A stretch of 64,000 nucleotides of DNA from a virus, in the IMG/VR virus record IMGVR_UViG_3300023179_000073, positions 1 through 64,000 of that record, one strand, 5' to 3'. The translations under genes were made by a program, and so were the position numbers. Position 1 is the first letter of the stretch. Each line of letters begins with the position of its first letter. Under the pieces are notes generated by a model. The model made no database searches. It was not told where the DNA came from and saw nothing but the letters and a program-made list of their open reading frames with translations. Below, piece by piece: positions 57,403 through 64,000 of the stretch.

Positions 57403-60400
57403 TATTGTCTTTGTCCTCTAATTCTTTGAGCATCAACATTTTTAACTTCTCTCATAACTGCCCGTGCAATTTCGTTAGCATTTGCAGTATTTCCATTAAT
57501 GTTAAAGCCTAGATTATAATTATACACTGCCGTTGAATTATCATTCATAGATGTAGAAATATTGTTTATTGGAACTACCGTCGTTCCACCCATACCATTA
57601 AGCATTGATGGATATTTAGAATCATTAATGGTTTTGAGCATTGGACCAAAGCGTTGTGCTGCTGCTTTATTTACAACAAATTCTCCAGGAGTAAGCATTG
57701 CTGGGATGGTATCTGCACCAACTGCTTTTCCTCCAAATGCCATATATTTTGTAATTCGTCCACCAAGATTTTTACCAGTTATTGAGTTTATTTTTGTAAT
57801 TGTACTAGCAATCTTTGCATTTAAATCTTTAATTCCTTGAAGAACTGTTGCTCTTTGTGCATCTGTAATTGTTTGTGGAGTTATTGTTGGATTTGGTCCT
57901 GATGCCCCTGCTTTAATTTCTGCAAATGTGGTTGCGCCAGATCCTAATTGTTGTTGTGCTTTAAGCGCTCTTTCCAAGGCTGCTGCAAGTGAGTTGGCAT
58001 TTCCTGCTTGACTTAAAAGAACGGCATCAAATTTAATTCCTGCTGCTTCTGCTGCTGCAATTAATGAATCAAGATTATCCATTTCTTCTTTTGTACCTTT
58101 GGCATAACCATATCCTTCTTTTGTAACTCTTACTTGTTCATTAAGTGCTGTTATATTTGAATTAATTGAAGCAATTGTATCTTCAATTGTTTGTTTTTGT
58201 GATTGTAAGGTTTTTAATTGTGTTGCTTCAATAATATTAATTTGAAGTTGAAGTTCTTTATTTTGTTTTTCAATTGCATTTCTTCCAAGTGCTGCAATGG
58301 CTGCATCACGAGTAGCCGTTAGCGCTTCTTTTTGTCCAGTTACCGCTGATTGCGCTTGCTCTGCTCTTGCATCTTGCATTAACTGTGCTGCTGAAGAAAT
58401 ATCTCCACGAGTTAAAGCATCTGCAATTGACAATCTTTGTCTTTGAATATTTGCAATATCTTGATTGACTGATGCAATTTTTTCTAATGCATCTATTTGT
58501 TTATTATATTTTTCATTAACAGCATCTTCCTGTAATGCTATTTTTTCAAGAGCAAGATTGTTACTATCAATAACTGCTTGAATAGGTTCAATTTGTGATC
58601 TTGTAACTTTTTCAATTTGTGCATTAATATCTGCTAATTTTCTTTCTTGAGCAGCCAAAGCATCATTTTCTTTTTTAATTTGTGGTGCAAACTGCATATC
58701 AATAAGTTTTTCACGAAGTGCTGCCTGAGCCTGTGCTCTCTCTAATTGTGCTTTAAATAGATTTGGTCCAGACATGTACTGGAACTCTGCTTTTGTTTGA
58801 TCAGCCAATGCCTTTTTATATTTATTTACTAATTCAATAATTTGTTTTAATGATTTACCGTTACTATTTTTAACAATTAATGATGCTATTTCTGCATCAT
58901 TAGATAACTCTGTTGCAGTTGCTTCATCAATTTTTGCTTTACGTAAAATCTTAAATGCGTTTGTTTGATTTTGAATACCTTTAATTCTTTCTTCTAAGGC
59001 ATTTGGTTTTCCTGGTGCATTTGGTCCATCTGGATTATTTGGATCTAAAAGACCAGTTGTTTTATTAATTTTTTTAAGTGCTTCTCCATAAATTTTGTCT
59101 ATTTGTTTCCAAGATTCTGCAAGAACCTGAAGATCTGTTGATTGAAGTCCTTTTATAACTGGACTATCTTTATCTAAAAGCCCAAGGTTTAATAAAGCAA
59201 TAACTTTCATCTTTGAAGCAACATTACCTAATACTGGTACTAATTTTGATCCTTCTATTCCCATTGCTTTAAATGTTTCTAGTAATGCAATTTTTTCTGC
59301 TTCTTTTCCAAGACGGCTATATCCATCTAAAACTAAATTAAGACTATTTTTAAATTGCTCTTCATCAATAAGTTTAAGCCTAAATTGTCCAGCAGCAGAA
59401 CTCATAATAGTATTATTAAATGTTACAAGTTCTGATATTGCTTTTTTGGCATCGTTAGTTTGAGTTGTATATGTTCTAACTCCAGCCTTACCTCCACCAA
59501 TAGTAACTGTTCTTGTTAAACCTTTGTCTATTTGTTTTTGAAAGTTTACAAGTAATGGAATTATTTGATTTTGTAAATCTTTAATAGAATCTGCTGAAAA
59601 ATTTAATGATTTAACATCTAGTTTTACGCTAGTCTTTCCAGCCTCTTCACGAAGGGCATCAATAATTGTTTGTATTTGTTCATTAGCAAATCCTCTTGCC
59701 CTAAGATCAATAGCAATAGATGTAAATGCAAGTCTTGCTTGTTCTGCTGTAGATTTAGATAATGTCTTAATTGTTGATCCATATTCTTTTTTAAATCCTT
59801 CACTCTCTCTTAATCTATCCCTTGCACTTCTTGTTGGTTGATTAACAATTTCTCTATTTTTCATTTCTATAGGAAGTTTTGATGGAATAATATTAAAGAA
59901 ATCTCCAAGTGTTTTAACTTGTCCAGTTGTTGTTTTCATGGCATTTGATAAGCCATATATTGCTTCTTGTTCTTTTGCTCTAGCATTATTTACTAATTTA
60001 ATAATTCCTATTCCTGCGAGTAATGCTACAGATGCAAGTCCAAACCCAACCTTAAATCTAGATATAAGTTTAATTATTTTTTCTCCAGTAAGTAGTTGTA
60101 TTACTGATGATAAAGCAAATAATGGGCCACTTATTTGAAATAATATTTCAGAAAACTTTCCTAGGTTACCTCCAGCCATTGAGGCCACACCTGATAAAGC
60201 AGATAAAGCAAATGTACCAGACATAAATGCTTTATTTAATGTATTCATTCTTGCATTCATTGCTGCTGTTCGTCTTTGTTGTTGTGTTGCAAGAAGTTGT
60301 TCTCTGTTACGTCTTGCATTTTCTGTTATTACTGATAGCGGAACTCCTGGTGTTCTAGGTGTACCGCCACCAGTTCCAGCAGCACCTCCTGGTATAAATA

Positions 60401-63400
60401 ATCCAGATGGTGTTTGAACCATCCCTGCTCCAAGTTTGCTTCCTACTGCCTTAGCATCATCAATATATCCTTCTGCACCAACAATAAATCCTTGAGCAAT
60501 ACTTGCTCCAACCATCTCTGTTTCTCTTGATGGAGATGCAACTTGTGCTTCTTTTGCTGCTCCTACTGCAATCTTTTTTGTTACCGCTTGTGTTACTTTT
60601 GCACCAACATTTCCAAGATATGGAGTCATTTGTTTTGTTAAATCTTCAACGCTTGCTGTTACAGAATTTGTAATGTGGGACATTGTTGCAACTTCCCAAT
60701 TATTTAACATTGGGTTAAGTGTTTGGAAAGATTTTACAGTTTTTCCTCTACTTTGTGAAAAACGTTCTGTTCTTCTAAATGCTTCTGGATTTTCTCCCAT
60801 AGCAAAAGTTTGTGCTGCTGATCTTGCACCTCTATATGATCCTGCAAAAGTAGTTCTTCCAATTCCGCCCATAGATCCAGAGCCAACACCAACTGGTCCA
60901 ACAGTTCTAATTTGATTGATAGCATTTTCAAGTGCAACATCAATATCTTTACCAGCAATTTGTATTCCTTTTGCTGCATCACGAAGTGCTGGAACAATTA
61001 TTTCTTCAAGGTCTGCATCTTTAATAAATTCTCTTCCAGATTGATTTAAAGCATCTGTTGCTGTTTTTGCAAAAAGATCTGCTACTGTAGCAAACTCTGT
61101 CCTAAACTTAGGGTTATTAATTCCAATCTTAATATCTCTTGCGATAACTGCAAGTAGTGGTGCCATAATTCCTCCACCTGCACCACCCATATATTGTGTA
61201 ACAGAAGAAGTTGCAACTCCTTTTCCACCAAGTTGACCCATAAGTGTATTAATTGATTCTGGTAAAAACATTGTTGCATTTCTAAAACCCTTACCCATTT
61301 GATATCCAGGAATATTATCTGCAATCATTCCTTGAATTAATGGAGCATATTTCTTTGCCATTGCCGTTGGAATAACCGCTTCTCCTGGAGATAGCATTGC
61401 TGGCACTACATCCCCTGCTCCTTTTGGTCCAGGAACTGAAACAATACCACTTGCCAATCTTCTAGCACCTCTACCTGGTAACATCATTCCAGGATTATTC
61501 ATTGCAAAGTTTCTTGATGCCCCTGCTGCAGAATTATATGCTGCTATAAGTTTGTTAATTGCAGTCGCTTCAGCAGTAAATGTTTGTGTTAAATTTGCGT
61601 GTGTTTGGTTAAGAGAGTGTGCTGCTGCTGCTGCATCAACTTGCTCCATCGTCATATACTGGGTTTGTTCTCCTAGTATTTGTGATTGACCAGTTAATCT
61701 TTGATACCCGCCACGTAATGTTAAAAATAATTTAATAATATTTGCAATACCGTTTGCAAGCAAACCAAATGTCATAAGCAATACAGGTCCAACTGCACCA
61801 ATACCTACTGTTAATAGTGTAATTAATTTTTTAGTTCCATCTGAAAGGTTAGAGAATTTTTCAAGTATTCCACCAACAAAATCAATAATTGGAGTAACTG
61901 CCTGCAAAAATGCTTCTCCAACTGGAATTAAGGCTACCTTAAGATCTTCAACACTCTTTTTAAATTTGTTCATAGAAGACTCTGCAGTCATTCCTAATTC
62001 TTTTTCAGATAAAGCAGAAAGTTCTTCTACTGAAGAGTTTGCTAAATCAAGAACACGAGCAGCCTGATTTCCATCTTTTGCTACGTTAGCAAATAAGGTT
62101 GATAGACGTGCAAATTGGAATTTACCAAACATTTGCTCAATTGCTCTTGCTCTTGCCAATGGATCTAATTGATTTAATGCTTGAGCAAATCCAAGTACAG
62201 TTGCCTTTAAATCTCCTTTATTTTTTTCAACAATTGCAGTTGCATTAATTCCATAAGAAGCAAGCATATCTGATGCTTTTTTAGTTGGATTAATTAATGC
62301 TGCAAGACCAGACTTAAGTGCGTTAGCACCTTCTGACGCATTAATTCCACCCTCTTTCATTGCTGCTAAAAAGAATGCTAGATCTTTTACATCTCCGCCA
62401 AGTTGTTGGATTACTGGTGCAACTTTTGGAATTGCAGTAGTAATATCATCAAGAGATACTACTGTTTGGTTTTCTACTGCGTTTAAAAAATTAATAGAAT
62501 CTGCAAGTGATTCAGATGACATACCAAAAGCATTTTGTAATGAAATAGTTGTTTCAAGCGCTTTTTGACTATCAACCTGACCAAGAATAGAAAGACGTGT
62601 TGCTTCTGTCGTTTGGCGTTGAAGATCTAAACCTTGAAAACCTGCTGCTGCAGCATCTGCTGCTAAGCCAACTGTTGTAGAAACTGCTACACCATATTTT
62701 GTAAATTGTTTTCCAAGTTCTGTAATATTATCTAAGGCTTGCTGAGTTTCTTCTTGTGGTGTAAATAAATCTCCATAAACCTTTTTAAATCTAATTGCTT
62801 GGGCTTCCATTTCCATAAAAGTTCTAGTTGCTGCAGTTCCAACAGCCATTAATGGAAGGGTAAAACCAACCATCAACTGACGACCAGCCCATTGAGTATT
62901 CTTACCAAAGTTTAAAAGATTGGTAGAGCCTTGTCTCATTAATTGATTAAATAGTGCCTGTTTTTGTGCTGCTAATTGAAGACTTGTTTGATAGTCTTTT
63001 AGATTCAGTTCTGTTGGCATTACGGCAATTGCTCTCATTGCCCCGTTTGTATCACGACCCATCTTAATAAACTGGGTTTGTAATCTTTTTACACGCTCTT
63101 CTGCTACCTTGCCAATTGTGTCATACTCAGATTTAAATAATTTTCCAAATGTTTTTGTAGATGCTCCCGCATAGCGGAAGTACTCACGCATTGAAAATTT
63201 ATTTTTTTCTAATGAATCAGTAAATGATTCTGCAGATGTTTTAACTGTACGCATTTCGGCAGTAAATGCACCGATAGCGTTTATACTATTTAAAAGATTT
63301 TTTTGTAAACCCTTTTGAGCAAGGGCTGCTGCTTCACTTGATCTGGCTATTGAGGTGTGAAACTGAGATATCTGACGTTGTAATGATTTTAGTTGTGCTA

Positions 63401-63452
63401 ATGCATTAGACGAATCAATATTAATGTCAATATTAGCATTAACATCAGCCAT
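57402..63452 (-). CDS. Tail tape measure protein
   Basis: 2016 aa, Ala/Gln-rich helical; TP901-like core (EGGINASEGANALKSGL); TM segments. Confidence 0.92.
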   Translation of the reverse strand: MADVNANIDINIDSSNALAQLKSLQRQISQFHTSIARSSEAAALAQKGLQKNLLNSINAIGAFTAEMRTVKTSAESFTDSLEKNKFSMREYFRYAGASTKTFGKLFKSEYDTIGKVAEERVKRLQTQFIKMGRDTNGAMRAIAVMPTELNLKDYQTSLQLAAQKQALFNQLMRQGSTNLLNFGKNTQWAGRQLMVGFTLPLMAVGTAATRTFMEMEAQAIRFKKVYGDLFTPQEETQQALDNITELGKQFTKYGVAVSTTVGLAADAAAAGFQGLDLQRQTTEATRLSILGQVDSQKALETTISLQNAFGMSSESLADSINFLNAVENQTVVSLDDITTAIPKVAPVIQQLGGDVKDLAFFLAAMKEGGINASEGANALKSGLAALINPTKKASDMLASYGINATAIVEKNKGDLKATVLGFAQALNQLDPLARARAIEQMFGKFQFARLSTLFANVAKDGNQAARVLDLANSSVEELSALSEKELGMTAESSMNKFKKSVEDLKVALIPVGEAFLQAVTPIIDFVGGILEKFSNLSDGTKKLITLLTVGIGAVGPVLLMTFGLLANGIANIIKLFLTLRGGYQRLTGQSQILGEQTQYMTMEQVDAAAAAHSLNQTHANLTQTFTAEATAINKLIAAYNSAAGASRNFAMNNPGMMLPGRGARRLASGIVSVPGPKGAGDVVPAMLSPGEAVIPTAMAKKYAPLIQGMIADNIPGYQMGKGFRNATMFLPESINTLMGQLGGKGVATSSVTQYMGGAGGGIMAPLLAVIARDIKIGINNPKFRTEFATVADLFAKTATDALNQSGREFIKDADLEEIIVPALRDAAKGIQIAGKDIDVALENAINQIRTVGPVGVGSGSMGGIGRTTFAGSYRGARSAAQTFAMGENPEAFRRTERFSQSRGKTVKSFQTLNPMLNNWEVATMSHITNSVTASVEDLTKQMTPYLGNVGAKVTQAVTKKIAVGAAKEAQVASPSRETEMVGASIAQGFIVGAEGYIDDAKAVGSKLGAGMVQTPSGLFIPGGAAGTGGGTPRTPGVPLSVITENARRNREQLLATQQQRRTAAMNARMNTLNKAFMSGTFALSALSGVASMAGGNLGKFSEILFQISGPLFALSSVIQLLTGEKIIKLISRFKVGFGLASVALLAGIGIIKLVNNARAKEQEAIYGLSNAMKTTTGQVKTLGDFFNIIPSKLPIEMKNREIVNQPTRSARDRLRESEGFKKEYGSTIKTLSKSTAEQARLAFTSIAIDLRARGFANEQIQTIIDALREEAGKTSVKLDVKSLNFSADSIKDLQNQIIPLLVNFQKQIDKGLTRTVTIGGGKAGVRTYTTQTNDAKKAISELVTFNNTIMSSAAGQFRLKLIDEEQFKNSLNLVLDGYSRLGKEAEKIALLETFKAMGIEGSKLVPVLGNVASKMKVIALLNLGLLDKDSPVIKGLQSTDLQVLAESWKQIDKIYGEALKKINKTTGLLDPNNPDGPNAPGKPNALEERIKGIQNQTNAFKILRKAKIDEATATELSNDAEIASLIVKNSNGKSLKQIIELVNKYKKALADQTKAEFQYMSGPNLFKAQLERAQAQAALREKLIDMQFAPQIKKENDALAAQERKLADINAQIEKVTRSQIEPIQAVIDSNNLALEKIALQEDAVNEKYNKQIDALEKIASVNQDIANIQRQRLSIADALTRGDISSAAQLMQDARAEQAQSAVTGQKEALTATRDAAIAALGRNAIEKQNKELQLQINIIEATQLKTLQSQKQTIEDTIASINSNITALNEQVRVTKEGYGYAKGTKEEMDNLDSLIAAAEAAGIKFDAVLLSQAGNANSLAAALERALKAQQQLGSGATTFAEIKAGASGPNPTITPQTITDAQRATVLQGIKDLNAKIASTITKINSITGKNLGGRITKYMAFGGKAVGADTIPAMLTPGEFVVNKAAAQRFGPMLKTINDSKYPSMLNGMGGTTVVPINNISTSMNDNSTAVYNYNLGFNINGNTANANEIARAVMREVKNVDAQRIRGQRQ

Positions 63453-63474
63453 TTAGTTTCACACCTCTTTTAAA

Positions 63475-63804
63475 TTATTCAGCCATAGTTACGCCAAGAA
63501 CGTCTGAAACTTCAGCAAGTTTAATACCTGATGCTGCTTCTACGATCTTGTAAACAGTTGGGAGATCAATATTCTCCTCTAGTTTTTTTACGTCTTCAGA
63601 GAGTTCTGGCTTGTACTGCTTCATTGCAATCTGTACACACTCCATGAGAATGTCCATAGATTTTGCATTATCTTCCGCCACTGCTCCCACACCCTCAAAC
63701 TTCTTCATGAATGGACGAAGTAGAGAGATTTTTAGAGGACGTACTGTAACTTTTGTGCCATCAATTAGCGTAAGGGTTTGTTCCTCATACGTAGTTGTTG
63801 CCAT
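63475..63804 (-). CDS. Tail assembly chaperone (gpG-like)
   Basis: Directly upstream of the TMP; LIDGTKVTVRPLKI...LEENIDLPTVYKIVE; GGAGG RBS. Confidence 0.7.
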   Translation of the reverse strand: MATTTYEEQTLTLIDGTKVTVRPLKISLLRPFMKKFEGVGAVAEDNAKSMDILMECVQIAMKQYKPELSEDVKKLEENIDLPTVYKIVEAASGIKLAEVSDVLGVTMAE

Positions 63805-63861
63805 TATTTCCTCCTATAGGTTATGTCAATTATAGCATGGTGATGCTTATTTTTTATTATT

Positions 63862-64000
63862 TTATTTTGTTAAGTCTTCATATTCTAGACCCATGCCAAT
63901 ACCAAACCCTGCTTTCTTGGCATTCTGTCCTTGAAGGGCCAATATGTCTCTACTATCTTTTGTTGCACCTCTACTAAATACTCTAGCCTTCATGTCTTCC
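63862..64000 (-). CDS. 3' end of a gene cut by the window edge (probable tail chaperone, gpT-like C-terminus)
   Basis: Open frame ...EDMKARVFSRGATKDSRDILALQGQNAKKAGFGIGMGLEYEDLTK*. Confidence 0.5.
   Translation of the reverse strand, partial: EDMKARVFSRGATKDSRDILALQGQNAKKAGFGIGMGLEYEDLTK

Noticed and set aside
454-63977. Numerous 60-170 aa ORFs antisense to or nested in long genes (e.g. 28498-28980, 28767-29138, 30070-30573, 60673-60915)
   Set aside because: They are shadow frames of well-supported genes, with no RBS, promoter or recognisable motif
1-64000. Bacterial chromosome/prophage interpretation or stop-codon reassignment
   Set aside because: No housekeeping operons, integrase or att-like junction; genes tile densely under the standard code, with TAA, TAG and TGA all used as stops

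Overview
This is a 64-kb segment of a large, AT-rich, long-tailed dsDNA phage. The host is very probably a low-GC freshwater actinobacterium (inference from WhiB, a DnaE-type polymerase, an actinophage-type holin, many leaderless genes and actinobacterial-style surface proteins). The minus strand (10.5-64 kb) runs in transcription order through: the tail module (chaperones, 2016-aa tape measure protein, distal/minor tail proteins); replication and recombination genes (DnaB, primase, SSB, DnaE, RecA, Cas4-like nuclease, RuvC); terminase; two large secreted surface-type proteins; a CHAP endolysin cassette; two tRNAs; and a large accessory region. That region holds an Ntn peptidase, carbamoyltransferase, radical SAM and SGNH proteins, Hsp20, AdoMetDC, WhiB, a sulfotransferase, an APS-kinase/nucleotidyltransferase fusion, a flavin halogenase, a holin and a Stealth-like protein. 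The plus strand (0-10.5 kb) carries many micro-ORFs, mostly Zn-binding, and a translationally coupled six-gene glycan operon. The most notable observations are: (1) a likely minimal 253-aa bifunctional PAPS synthetase next to a sulfotransferase; (2) an apparent glycan build-and-decorate toolkit with candidate surface-protein acceptors; (3) a promoter-flanked ~85-nt structured RNA behind hsp20 and a tandem-pseudoknot RNA near 530-600; (4) four dispersed DUF6065/dUTPase-fold-like paralogues; (5) a modular protein punctuated by putative x-x-K/[AS] protease sites. No CRISPR array, rRNA, integrase or IS element was seen. All family calls come from motif recognition by eye, not from database searches.
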